A stretch of 64,000 nucleotides of DNA from the human T2T-CHM13v2.0 reference genome, Homo sapiens, in the NCBI RefSeq assembly GCF_009914755.1, contig NC_060926.1, one strand, 5' to 3'. How positions within the stretch are numbered: position 1 is the stretch's first letter; the number at the start of each line of letters is the position of its first letter. The notes beneath the pieces are model-generated. The model was not told the DNA's origin. It saw nothing but the letters and a program-made list of their open reading frames with translations, and searched no databases. The translations under genes and the position numbers were made by a program. Positions 1 through 15,453 of this stretch are shown here, in pieces.

Positions 1-1429
1 CATCCCCCTTTTTTAAAAGGAACTTCGAACGACCAGATTACCTGATTGCACTCTGCTGACCCCTGGGAATTTTCTGGAGTTTTCTCTATTACTTCCCCCA
101 ATAGGTCCTTTCCATCAAAAAATAACCTGTCATGAGTTCTCATTCCCTTATGAGCTACTCTTTATCTGATAACCATGAATGGTAATAGGTTTAACTAGTA
201 CCACTAAATGTGCTAGTGGTCCAAAAACAACATCTTTACCAGAAAGCCCGTAAGAAGCAGTTCTTCTAAACCTGAGTCAGAAAAATATATGGGGCCAGTA
301 GCTTTTCAGAGCTCTGAAATCATTCCAGTTGGTTAGTTGCTTAGAGTACACAGGGATAGCCTAAACTATGAAGCAATAATCTTCAAGGAATTACACTTCT
401 ATATATACCTGACCCCTCTAACTACTCTACCATTGGAAGGAAAATGTTCTAATTAGAAATCTTTTGTACAAGTACATTCTCTCCTGTGGATTAAACCATT
501 CCCTACATTTCTTTCTAAGATAAGCAGACCCACCTACTAACATTATGATTATTTCTGCCCAGATTATATAGTTCAGAAAAGGGTCTTCATAAAGTTTCCC
601 AGGAAACTAAAATGTTGGCGAGATATCATTGGGAACAACATGAAAACGGTAGGCGGTGGGAGGAGGTGGAGAGAGAATTTTTAACAGGTTTTCAATGTAC
701 TCAAAATAATACCCACTATACAGCTAACATTTTGTGAAGTTTGAAAAATAATCCACACAAGAGAAATGGTTAGAAACACACAAGGTGAAGGCAAATGCGA
801 AATACTGCCAAGCAAAGGAGGCTGGCTGAACCCAGAAAACAGTAACACACAGACTCTGAGATATGAACCAGTGGAGCTAAATAGTAATTAGTGACTGGAT
901 ATTGTGCAAAGACTTAATTAATATTCCTGTATTACAAAAGAGCACCTGCAAGGCATTGCACACTCAACCCGCTAATGAGCATGAATTCATGTTGGCCTAG
1001 TAAAAGAGTAAGAGAAATTGCTCCTGTCATTTGCTTTTAAGGTGGGTTGACAAATGAATGCTATGTTGTCTTTTTTTTTTTTTTTCCTAGCTGGGTGATT
1101 TCCCAGGCCTGTTAATCACATTCATCCTTGTAGATAGCATCTCTGACTCTAGAGGTTATCATCAGTATTTTTCTGTGAAGTATTTTACAAATCAGGGCAA
1201 GTAGATTTAATATTATTTCAACAAAAACTGAGGATCCTTTCACAGTGCAGGAAAAATTTCCTGACAATTAACATTTACAGGTAGTTGAACAAAAATCCAT
1301 TGATCATGAATTTGTTTTCAAATACAAGACACACTTGAAGTAGAAATCATCCTTTTATTTATCATTGGTGTCAAGGTTTAAAGGCATCAAAAGCCATGTA
1401 TATTTAATGCAAACATTAATTTTTTTTTA

Positions 1430-1580
1430 AATTAGACTACAGAGTTTATTCAGATTTTACTACTTTTTCCATCTATGTCTGTTCCAGGATCCCATTCAGG
1501 TTACCACATTGCATTTAGTCATCATGTCTCCTTTGAATCCTCCAATCTGCTATAGTTTCTCAGCTTTTTCTTGTTTTAAT
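1430..1580 (-). mobile_element. Old L1 (L1MC/L1ME-like) 3' UTR fragment
   Basis: ccaggatcccattcaggttaccacattgcatttagtcatcatgtctcc resembles the reverse strand of ancient L1M 3' UTRs. Confidence 0.55.
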
Positions 1581-2019
1581 TTAATGCACATACTAAAATT
1601 TGGTAAATTATCATTAAAAAGTTATCAACTTTGTTATTTATTTTTAATGGGCTTTGTTGTCATATGTTTAGCTACACTTAGCATAGTGTCTATTTTTAAC
1701 AAGTGAGAAAATGGGTTAAATGTTAACCATAACTGTATCGAACAACATTTTGTCAAATAAAAAAAAATGTAACTATTGTAGAAAAAAGCCATGGTGGTGA
1801 AAAGAAAGGAGATACAGAGGACTACAAATTCACTTATCTCCAAAATTAGCTTGGATTTGAAATAAACATTGTTTTTGTTTTAAAAAAAAAAAAAGGCAAC
1901 AAAAAGTAATCATCTAATAATCTAATCTACTTGGCTTAAACATTGCACTCTGTCTGAACCTTTGTGGGAATTATTTCTGCCTATAAATAAACTATTAAAC
2001 TATTAAGAACAAGAACTTC

Positions 2020-2346
<327 letters not shown>

Positions 2347-2370
2347 TTAATAACGTTGTTTTTCAGATAG

Positions 2371-2864
2371 TGTGGTAGACAGAACAATGGACTTCCAAAG
2401 ATGGCTATGTGCCAATCTCTAGAATCTGTGAATATATTACCTTTCATGGAAAAAAGGACTTTGTAGATATTATTAAATTAAGAGTCATGAGATGGGGAGA
2501 TTATCCTCCATCATCCAGGTGAGCCCAGTGTAATGTCAAGGGTTACTGAAATAGAGAGGCAAGAAGATCCAAGTCAGAAAAAGGGAGGTGATGACAGAAG
2601 CAGAGGTTGGAGTCATGCATTCTGAAGAGGGAGTAAGGGGTCATGATTCTAGGATTACAGGTGGCCTCTAGAGGCTAGACAAGGCAAGGAAGCAGAGTTT
2701 CCCCTGCAGCTTCTAGGAGAAACACAAACCTGACAACACCTTGATTTTAACCCAATAAGACTCATTTTGGACTTCTGAACTCCAGAATCATAAGGGAATA
2801 TGTTTGTATTGTTTAAAGCCACTAAAGTTGTGGCAAATTTTACAGCAGCATTAGGAAACACACA
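2371..2864 (+). mobile_element. MaLR solo LTR, MLT1D-like
   Basis: Starts tgtggtagacagaacaatgg; contains ttttggacttctgaactccagaa and ends ttacagcagcattaggaaac; about 495 bp. Confidence 0.8.
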
Positions 2865-2891
2865 GCTTACGAAAAACAAAAATTATCTCCT

Positions 2892-5800
2892 GAGAGAGAG
2901 GTAGAGCAAGATGGCAGAATAGAAGGCTTCACCAATCATGCCCCTGCCACAAGGACACCAATTTAACAACGATCTACACAAAAAACTACCTTCGTAAGAA
3001 CCAAAAATCAGGTACCAGGTCAGCCACAGTGGGACAGAGCACCAAACAGCTCCTTGGGGGTCCCCAGTTCCAGGCCTTGGGCTCTTGGACAGCATTTCTG
3101 TATCTGCTGTGTGTGGTACAGAGGGGAGCCCATTGCCCTGAAGGGTGAGTCCCAGGCAGCATTCAACATAAATTGACTGAAGAGCCCTTGGGCCTAAAAG
3201 GACCATCTGCAGTAGCCTGGTAGTACTCTCGTGGGCCTGTGGTGGTGATGGCCGTGGGGTGAAGCTCCTCTGCCTGTGAAAAGCAGAAGGAAGAACAAAA
3301 AGTTCTTCCTCATGATTTGAGTGCCAGCTTAGCCACCATACAATGGAACACCAGGTAGACTTCTAAGCCTTTTTACTCCAGTCCCTGGCTCTCTGACGGC
3401 ACCTCTGGACCTACCTGGGGCCTAAGGGAACTTGCCACCCTTAAGAGAGAGACTCAAGCTTGGCTGGCTTGTCATCTGCTAATTGTAGAGCCTCAGGGCC
3501 TTGAGAGAAAATAGGCAGTAGCCAGGAAGTGGTTACAGTGCACTTTGGGCAAGACCTAGTACTCTGCTGGCTTCGGGTCTCACCCAGCACAGTCCCAGTG
3601 GTAGTGGCTGCAGGTGTGCCTGTGTCACCCCACCCCCAACTCCAGAACAGAGGAAGAGAGACTGTTTGTTTGGTAGAAAGTAAGGAAAGAGAACAAGAGT
3701 CTCTGCCTGATAATTCAGAACATTTTTCTGGATTTTATCCAAGATGATCAAGGTAGTACCTTAAGGAGTCTGCAAGAACCACAGCATTATTGAGCTTGGG
3801 GTGCTCTCAAGTGCAGATATGGCTTAGATCACAATATCTTTCAAGCTGTGGAAAGCCTTCTCAAGAAAGGCAGACACAAACAAGCCCAGGCTGTGAAGAC
3901 TACAATAAATATCGAACTCTTCAATGCCCAGGCACAGACAAACATCTATAAGGATCAAGACAACCCAGGAAATCATGACCTTACCAAATGAACTAAATAA
4001 GACACCAGGGACTAATCCTGGAGAAACAGAGATATGCGACCTTTCAGGCAGAGAATTCAAAATAAGTGTTTTGAGGAAACTCAAATTCAAGGTAACACAG
4101 ACAAGGAAATTCAGAATTCTGTGAGATAAACTTAACAAAGTGATTGACATAATTTAAAAGAATGATGCAGAAATTATGGAGTTGAAGAATGCAATTGACA
4201 TACTGAAGAGTGCATCAGAGTCTTCTAATAGCAGAATTGATCAAGCAGAAGAAAGAATTAGTGAACTTGAAGACAGGCTATTTGAAAATACACGATCAGA
4301 GGAGACAAAAGAAAAAAGAGTGAAAAACAATAAAGCATGCCTACAAGATCTAGAAAACAGCTTCTAAAGGGCAAATCTAAGAGTTTTTGGCTTTAAAGAG
4401 GAGATAGAGAGATGGGGTAGAAAGTTTATTCAAAGACATAATATCAGAGAACTTCCCGAATCTAGAGAAAGATATCAATATCAAAGTACAAGGAGGTTAT
4501 AGAATACCAAGCAGATTTAACCCAAAAAAGATTACCTTAAGATATTTAATAATCAAACTCCCAAAGGTAAAAGATAAAGGATGCTAAAAGCAGCAAAAGA
4601 AAAGAAATTACATACAATGGAGCTCTAATACATCTGGCCCCAGACTTTTCAGTGGAAACTTTACAGGACAGGAGAGAGTGGCATAACATATTTAAAAGCT
4701 GAAGGAAAAAAAAAATTCACCCTATAATAATATATTTGGTGAAAATATCCTTCAAACATGAAGGAGAGTTAAAGACCTTACCACATAAACAAAAGCTGAG
4801 GGATTTTATCAACATCAGAGCTGTCCTACAGGAAATGCTATAGGGAGTACTTGAATCAGAAAGAAAAGGACATTAATGAGCGATAAGAAATCATCTGAAG
4901 GTGCAAAACTCACTGGTAATAGTAAGAACACAGAAAATCACAGAATATTATAACACTGTAACTGTGCTGTGTAAGCTTATCTTAAGTAGAAAGACTAAAT
5001 GATGATATAATCAAAAGTAGTAACTACAACAACTTATCAAGATATGGATAGTAAAATAAGATAGCAATAGAAATAACAAAAAGTTTAATAAAAGTTGGAG
5101 GACAAAGTTAAGGTGCAGAGTTTTTATTAGATTTCTTTTTCCTTGTTTGTTTATGCACAGTGTTAAGTTGTTGTATCGGCTTATAATGGGTTATAAGATA
5201 GTATCTGCAAGCCTTGTGGTAACCTCAAATCAAAAAACATAAAATGGGTACAAAAAAATAAAAAGCAATAAATTAAATCATACCAAGAGAGAAAATCATT
5301 TTCACTGAAAAGAAGACAGGAAGGAAGGAAAGAAGGAAGAGAAGACCACAAAACAACAAGACAACTAATAAAACATGGCAGGGGCAAGTTCTTACCTATC
5401 AATAATAACATTGAATGTAAATGGACTAAATTCTCCAATCAAAAGACACAGAGTGATTGCATGGATTAAAAAACAAGACCCGGTGATCTGTTCCCTACAA
5501 GAAACACACTTCACCTATAAAGACACATATAGACTGAAAATAAAGGCATATAAAAAAAGATATTCCATGCCAATGGAAACAAAAAAAGATCGGGGTAGCT
5601 GTAATTAGACAAAATATCTGTCAAGACAAAAACTATAGGAGACAAAGAAGGTCATTATGTAATGATAAAGGGGTCAATTTAACAAGAGGATATAACAACT
5701 GTAAATATATATGCACTAAATACAGAAGCACACAGTTATATAAAGCAAATATTGTTAGAGCTAAAGAGAGACCGCAAGACAATAATAGCTGGAGATAACA

Positions 5801-8800
5801 CCCCACTTTCAGTGTTGGACAGAACTGCTGGATAGAATATTAACAAAGAAACATCTGATTTAATGTGTGCTATGGACCAAATGGACCTAATACATATTTA
5901 CAGAACATTTCACCCAACAGCTGCAGAATACACATCCTCCTCAGCAAATGGATTATTCTCAAGGATAGACCATATGTTAGGTCACAAAACAAGTCTTAAA
6001 ACATTTAAAAAATTAAATTAGTTCAACCATTGTGGAAGACAGTGTGGCGATTCCTCAAGGATCTAGAACTAGAAACACCATTTGACCCAGCGATCCCATT
6101 ACTGGGTATATACCCAAAGGATTATAAATCATGCTACTATAAAGACACATGCACACGTACGTTTATTGTGGCACTATTCACAATAGCAAAGACTTGGAGC
6201 CAACCCAAATGTCCATCAATGATAGACTGGATTAAGAAAATGTGGCACATATACAGCATGGAATACTATGCAGCCATAAAAAATGATGAGTTCATGTCCT
6301 TTGTAGGGGCATGGATGAAGGTGGAAAACATCATTCTCAGTAAACTATCACAAGGACAGAAAACCAAACACTGCATGTTGTCATTCATAGGTGGGAGTTG
6401 GACAATGAGAACACATGGACTCAGGGCGGGGAACATCACACACTGGGGCCTGTTGGGGGGTGGGGGGTTGGGGGAGGGATAGCATTAGGAGAAATACCTA
6501 ATGTAAATGACAAATTGATGGGTGCAGCAAACCAACATTGCACACGTATACCTATGTAACAAACCTGCACATTGTGCATGTGTACCCTAGAACTTAAAGT
6601 TTAAAAAAAATTTTAAAAATTGAAATAATATCAATTCTCTTTGGCCACAATGGAATGAAACCAAAAATCAACAAAAGGAATTTTGGAAACTATACAAACA
6701 CATGGAAATTAAACAATATGCTCCTGAATGACCAGTGGGTCAATAAAGAAATTAAGAAGGAAATTGAAAATTTTCTTGAAAAAAAGATAATGAAAACACA
6801 ACATACTAAAAGATAAATTTATAACTATAAGCATCTAAATCAAAAGAGAAGAACTTCAAATAAACAACCTAACAATGCATATTAAAGAACTAGAAAAGCC
6901 AGAGCAAACAAAACCAAGAATTAGTAGAAGAAAAGAAATCATAAAGATCAAAGTAGAAATAAATGAATTTGAAATGAAACAATACAAAAGGTCAGTGAAA
7001 AAAAAACCTGGGTTTTTGAAAAGATAAACAAAATTGATAAACATTTAGCCAATATAATAAAGAAAAAAGCAGAGAAGACTCAAATAAATAAAATCAGAGA
7101 TGAAAAAGGAAACATTACAACTGATACTGCATACATTCAAAGCACCACTAGAGGCTACTACTATGAGCAACTATAAGCCAATAAATTGGAAAATCTAGAT
7201 GAAATGGATAAGTTCCTAAACACATACAACCTACTAAGATTGAACCATGAAGATATCCAAAACCTGAACAGACCAATAACAAGTAATGAGATTGAAGCCA
7301 TGATAAAAAGTCTCCCAGTAAAGAAAATCCCAAGATCTAATGGCTTCACTGTTGAATTCTACCAAACATTTAAAGAACTAATACCAATCCTACTCACACT
7401 ATTTGAAAAATAGAGGAGGAGAGAATACTTTCAAACTCATTATATCATAACAATATTAACCTGATACCAAAACCAGACAGACACACATCAAAAAAGAAAA
7501 CAATAAGCCAATATCACTGATGAATATTGACAAAAAAATCCTCAATAAAATGCTATCAAATTGAATTCAACAACATGTTAAAAAGATCATTCACCATAAC
7601 CAAGTGTGATTTATCCTTGGGATGCAAGGATTGTTTAACATATGCAAATCAATCAATGTGATACATCATATCAACAGAATGAAGGAAAAAAATTTGATCA
7701 TTTTAATTCAGCTGAAAAAGCATTTGATAAAATTCAACATTCCTTCATGATAAAAACCCTCAAAAAACTGGTTATAGATGGAACATGTCTCAACATAACA
7801 AAAACCATATATAACACACCCATAGCTAGTAGCATACTGAAGTGGGGAAGAGGGACTGAAAACCTTTCCTCTAAGATTGGGAACATGACAAGAATCCCCA
7901 CTTTCACCACTGTGACTAAACATAGTACTGGAAGTCCTAGCTAGAACAATCAGACAAGAGAAAAAAAAAAGAGCATTGAAACTGGAAAAGAAGAAGTCAA
8001 ATTATCCTTGTTTTCAGATAATATGACCTTATATTTGGAAAGACCTAAAAGCTCCACCACAAAACTCTTAGAACTGATAAACAAATTCAATAAAGTTGAA
8101 GGATACAAAATCAACATACAAAAATCTATAGCATTTCTATATACTAACAGTGAACAATCTGAAAAAGAAATCAAGAAAGCAATCCCATTTACAATAGCTA
8201 CAAATAAAATACAATACCTAGGAATTAACCAAAGAAATAAAAGATATCTACAATGAAAACTATAAAATGCTGATGCAAGAAATTGAAGAACACACACAGA
8301 TAAAATGGAAATATACTTCATATTCATGGATTAGAAGAATCAATATTGATAAAATGTCCATACTACCCAAAGCAATCTACAGATTCAATGCAATCCCTAT
8401 CAAAATACTAATGACACTCTTCACAGAAGTAGAAAAAGAAATCCTAAAATTTATAAGGAACCAAAAAAGACCCGGAATAGGCAAAGCTATCCTAAGTAAA
8501 AAGAATAAAACTGGAAGAATCGCATTACCTCACTTCGAAGTATATTACAGAGCTACAGCAACCAAAACAGCATGGTACTGGCATAAAAACAGACACATAG
8601 ACCAGTGGAACAGAATAGAGAACCCAATAAATTCATTCATCTACAGTTAACTCATTTTTTTACAAAGTTGCCAAGAACATACATTAGGGAAAGGACAGTT
8701 TCTTCAACAAATGGTGCTGGTGCTGGGAAAACCGGATATCCATATATAAAAGAATGAAATTAGGCTCCTATTTCTCACTGTATACAAAAAATCAAATCAA

Positions 8801-10110
8801 AATCGGTTAAAGGTTTAACTCTAATACCTGAAATTATGAAACAACTGTAAGAAAACACTGAAGAAACTCTCCAGGACATTGGACTGGGCAAAGATTTCTT
8901 GAGTAATACCCCATAAGCACAGGCAACCAAAGCAAAAATGGACAAATGAGATTACATCAAATTAAAAAGCTTCTGCACAGCAAAGGAAATGATCAACAAA
9001 GGGAAGAGAGAAAATATTTGCAAACTACCTATCTGACAAGGGCTAAGTAACCAGACTATGTAAGGAGCTCAAACAACTCTACAAGAGAAAATCTAATAAT
9101 CCAGTTGCAAAGTATCTGAATAGACATTTCTCAAAAGAAGACATACAAATGCCAATAGGTATATGAAAATGTTCTCAACATTATTGATCATCAGAGAAAT
9201 ACAAATCAAAACTACAATGAGATATTATCTCATTCCAGTTAAAATGGCTTTTACCTAAAAGTCAGGCAATAACAACAGCTGGCGAGAATGTGGAGAAAAG
9301 GGTACCTTTGTACACTGCTGGTACGAATGTAAATTGGTACAATCACCATGGAGAACAGGCTGGAGATTCCTCAAGAAACTAAAAATAGAGCTACCATAGG
9401 ATCCAGCAATCCCACTCCTAGGTATATACCCAAAAGAAGGGAAATCAGTATATCAAAGAGATATCTGCACTCCCATATTTGTTGCAGCACTATTCACAAG
9501 AGCCAATTTTTTGAAGCAACTTAAGTGTCCACCAACAGATAAACGGATAAAGAATATGTGGTGCATATACACAATGGAGTACTATTCAGCTATTAAAAAA
9601 TGAGACCCTGTCATTTGCAAAAACATGGATGGAACTGGAGGTCACTATGTTAAGTGAAATAAGCCAGGCATAGAAAGACAAACATTGTAAGTTCTCACTT
9701 TTTTATGGGAGCTAAAAATTAAAGTAATTGAACTCCTGGAGATAGAGAGTAGAAGGATGGTTACCAGAGGCTGGGAAACGTAGTGGGGTTTTGTGGGGGA
9801 AGACCAGAAGGGATGATTAATGGTTACGAAAAACAGAAAGAATGAATAAGATGTAACATTTGCTAGGACAATAGGGTTACTATAGTCAACAACAATTTAA
9901 TTGTACATTTTCAAATAACTAAAAGATTATAATTGGATTGTGTGTAACACAAAGAATAGATATTTGATGTGATGGATACCCTATTTACCCAGATGTGATT
10001 ATAACACATTGCATGCCCATATCAAAATATCTCATGTATAAATATATTTATCATTCTATAAATATATACACCTACTAAGTAACCACAAAAATTAAAAAAT
10101 GAAAAAACAA
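2892..10110 (+). mobile_element. Near-full-length decayed L1 (L1MA2/3-like)
   Basis: 5' caagatggcagaatagaagg; ORF1 pieces 3924-4367; ORF2 EN start 5375 (SIITLNVNGLNSPIKR); RT pieces 7186-8650 (FSDNM at the FADD position); L1MA-type 3' UTR; degenerate TSD aaattatctcct (2880-2891) / aaattatcttct (10119-10130). Confidence 0.92.
6015..6606 (+). mobile_element. 5'-truncated L1PA (L1PA5/6-like) nested in the L1MA EN region
   Basis: ORF2 C-terminus (ORF 6030-6482, [17 protein letters not shown]), G-rich L1PA 3' UTR ending agaacttaaagt; host resumes after a degenerate TSD (aaaacatttaaaaaatt / aaaaattttaaaaatt). Confidence 0.9.
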
Positions 10111-11089
10111 AGCCAAACAAATTATCTTCTTATTCCCACCCCCCCACTGAGAGTCAACAGCAAATTCTGCTGTGTTCTTATTTCTATACATATTCACAAA
10201 CACACAACTTGAAGCAATGGGGCTACCTTTTGGACTACTGTTCTCTCTAACTTGATTTTTTTTTAACTTAACATTGTGTCATTGACAATTTTCTAAAGCC
10301 TGCATATGAATTTTCACCTTTAACTTTTGTGGCAATGAGGACAGGTATTGTTGAATAGTTTGTTTTAATGTAGCCAATCCAATTGGTGTTATTTAAGGTG
10401 ACCTTTTCCCCATTTTTTATACTACTATAGTCAACATTTGATGAACATCCTTACACATCAACAATGCTCTGAACCAAAAAGTTCAAGTGAAATGCAGTGG
10501 AAAAACCTTATGGCCTCTTTAAAAATGTTCTGTGACTATTCAGACTGCTACTGGGATGTATTTGTACTGGCTTTTTGTTGGTGACCTTTGAGTAATTTTT
10601 GGCCTTCTCTTTATTTCTTCTTTAATAAATATGTTATGTTTTAGGGTGCCTTTGAGATGATGCCTTAAAATTTTACACAAACTCCCAAGTGTATCAGTCA
10701 GGATTCTTGATAGCAAAAACAGAAACTTACTGGTTACATGGAAAATAATTTAGTCACAGGATATTGGATAGCTTAAAGAATGGCCAGCAGAGCTGAAAAG
10801 CCTACTGGGAAACCACTCAGCTAGCACCCAGCTATAATCAAAACTGGTCCCTCACTGACTTCATTGCTGAGCACTTATCACTAGTCTATGCACTGACATC
10901 AAACTCACACCATTGCCACTTTCTGCCCACAAGGCTTCCTCTCTGCTCTTTCCAGTCCCACCTCCAAGAAATGGGCAAGGCTGCGAAAGCCACTGCCTCC
11001 ACAGCAAGCCTTCTCTGTTTCCACTGTTTTCGGTCACCCACTCCGCTTTAAAATCTGGAGTGGGGTTGGGGGAAGTGGCTCATGCCCAT

Positions 11090-11797
<708 letters not shown>

Positions 11798-11810
11798 CCT
11801 GTTAATCTCA

Positions 11811-12062
<252 letters not shown>

Positions 12063-12589
12063 TCAAAAAATAAAATAAATATATAAATAAAATCTGGAGC
12101 AGGTGTGTCTCAGTGGCTAACCCTCAATTATGGCCATGGCCCTACATACAAGGGAGCTGGGAACAAGAGTCTTGTGCATTTTCAGCTCCTACAGTAGGAA
12201 ATAGACTCTGTCTTCCATGAACCCTCAAAGGGAAGAAGTCTCCAAAGACAGAAATGGGTATTCATATGATAGGCGGACAAAAATAATTATATATGTCCAC
12301 TACATCGGATAGTGAATCTTTAGTTTCTTAACTTTTTCTCCAAAAAACTAATGGGTAGTCTTGGTTGAAACTGCCCTTATCTTTCTTGGACTAACATTAG
12401 AAGCTATGGTGAGTCAAGGGAACCAGGAAACACATTTAAATACAAAAGGCACCATCAGCACTTTTTTAAATGTTAATTTACTGCATGTTTCAGATGACAA
12501 CTCTAAATTTAAGAAAAAATTGTGTATTCACAGATGAGCTGAAATGCTGTCTTAAATTGGATTCAAAATTATATGGAAGGGTATTAAGA

Positions 12590-12712
12590 ACGTGAGGTAT
12601 AAATAAAACAAGATTGGCCATGCATTGATAGGGGTTGAAGCTGGATGATGAGTTCTGAGGGTTAAAGTACTCTCTCTAATTTTGTATTTATTTGAAAATT
12701 TCCATAAAAGAA
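12590..12712 (+). mobile_element. Old L1 (L1ME/MC-like) 3' end fragment
   Basis: aacaagattggccatgcattgat...gttgaagctggatgatg...tttgaaaatttccataa motif. Confidence 0.55.
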
Positions 12713-13877
12713 TGAAGAAGAAATTGTATAAAGTCATATTTATTCAGGAATATCTCTCAATAATTTCATCCCTTTAGGAAAGCAAAGAAATTTCAAATGG
12801 TTTCCAATGAAGAGTTCAGCCAGATCATCTCCATAGGCATCTTGCCTGTCATGACTAAAGAACCACTTTGCTCCCACTTAGCAAATGATTCAGTGAGCTT
12901 GGTTACTCCCTGTGCCTGGTTTTTCTACATAATTTAAAAAGAAAATGTACCTTTAGCTTCTGAAGGAAACAAATTCCACAGATTGACTTTCTGTCATTTA
13001 AATTCATATCATCAATCTCAAAATTTTGATCAACATAGTTAAGTCTTCAGTTTTTTTTTAAAGAAAAATTTCCTTCAAAAACTGTACTCACAATACAGCA
13101 AAAACCATTCTAAAAGGGAAGTCTGTAGCAACAAATGCTTACATCATAGAAGAAGGAAGACCTCAAATAAAAAAATCTAACATTGCACCTCAAGGAACTA
13201 GAAAAACAAATAAAAAATAAACTCAAAATGAATAGAAGGAAGGAAATAATGAAGATAAGTGCAGAAATAAATGAAATAGAGACTGAAAAATATAAAAGAT
13301 CAATGAAACGTACAATTTTTTTTTTAAAGATAAAATCTACAAATCTTTAGCTGGAATAATTAAGGGGAAAAGTGAGAAGACTCAAATCAATAAAATCAGA
13401 GATGAAAAGGAGACATTATAACTGATGCCACAGAAACACAAAGGATCATAAGAGAGTAAAATGAACAATTATATGCCAACAAATTGGATAACCTACAAGA
13501 AATGGGTAAGTTTCTGAACACATACAACCTGCAAATATTAAACCATGAAGAAATAAAAAATCTGAACAGGCCAATAACAAGTAATAATACTGAATCAGTA
13601 ATAAAGTCTCTCATCAAAGAAAAGCCCAGGAGCTGATGGCTTCACTGCTGAATTTTACCAAACATTTAAAGAACTAATACCAATTCTACTCAAACTATTC
13701 CAAAAAATTAAAGAGGAGCAATACTTCCAAACTCATTCTGTGGGCCAGCATTACCCTGATAACAAAACCAGATAAGGATACAACAAGAAAATAAAACTAC
13801 AGGTTAATATTCCTGATGAACATAGATGTGAAAATCCTCAATAAAATACTAGCAAACCAAATTCAATAGCATGTTTA

Positions 13878-14200
<323 letters not shown>

Positions 14201-15453
14201 TCAATAAATATGACACATCACATTAACGGAATGAAAGACAAAAACCATATGATCATTTCAATAGATGCAGAAAAAGCATGTGACAAAATTCGACATCACT
14301 CCGTGATGAAAACACTCAACAAATTAGGTATGGGAGGAATGTATCTCAACACAATAAAACTCATATATGACAAACCCACAACTAATATCATACTGAATGG
14401 AGAAAAGTTGAAAGCTTTTCCTCAAAGATCTGGAGCAAGACAAGGATGCCCACTTTTGCCACTTCTATTCAACGTAGTCCTGGAAGTCCTGGTCAGAGCA
14501 ATCAGGCAAGAGAAAGAAATATAAGGCATCCAAATTGAAAAGGAAGAAGCTAAATTGTCCCTGTTTGCAGACAACATGATCTTATATACAGAAAACCCTA
14601 AAACCCCACTAAAAATATATTAGAAATAATCAATTTAGTAGAGTTGCTGGATACAAAATCAACATACAAAAATCAGTAGCATTTCTATACTCTAACAGTG
14701 AACTATCTGAAAAAGAAGTCAAGAAAGCAATCTCACTTACAATAGCCAAAAAAGTAAAATACTTAGGAATAAATTTACCCAAGGAGGTAAAATATCTCCA
14801 CACTGAAAACTATAAACTATTGATGAAATAAATTGAAAAAGACACAAATAAATGGAAAAATATTTTATCTTCATGGATTGGAAGAATTACTATCATTAAA
14901 ATGTTCACACTACTCAAAGCAATCTACAGATTCAAGGCAATCCCTATCAAAATATCAATAATATTCTTCACAGAAATAGAATGAACAATCCTAAAGTTCC
15001 CATGGAACCACAAAAGTCCTGTAATAAGCAAGGCAATCTTGAGCAAAAAGAACAAAACTGGATGCCTTACACTACCTGACTTCAAGATGTACTACAAAGC
15101 TATCATAACCAAAAATAGCATGGTACTGGCATAAAAACAGACACATAGACCAATGGAACGAATAGAGTGCCCAGAAATTAATCTGTGCATCTACATCCAA
15201 CTCATCTTTGACAAACGTGCCAAGAACACACAATGGAGAAAGGACACTCTCTTCAATAGTATTGGGAAAACTGGATATTTACATGCAGAAGAATGTTATT
15301 TCTCACCATATGCAAAAATCAATTCAAAATGAATTAAAGACTTAAATTTAAGACACAAGCCTATGAAACTTTTAGAAGAAAATATAGGGGAAAATCTCCA
15401 TGACATAGGTCTGGGCAAAGACTTTTTGGATAAGACCTCAAAAGTACAGGCAA

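Noticed and set aside
1070-1095. Poly-T plus cctag as a splice acceptor
   Set aside because: No convincing donor or open frame downstream; may be a simple T-run
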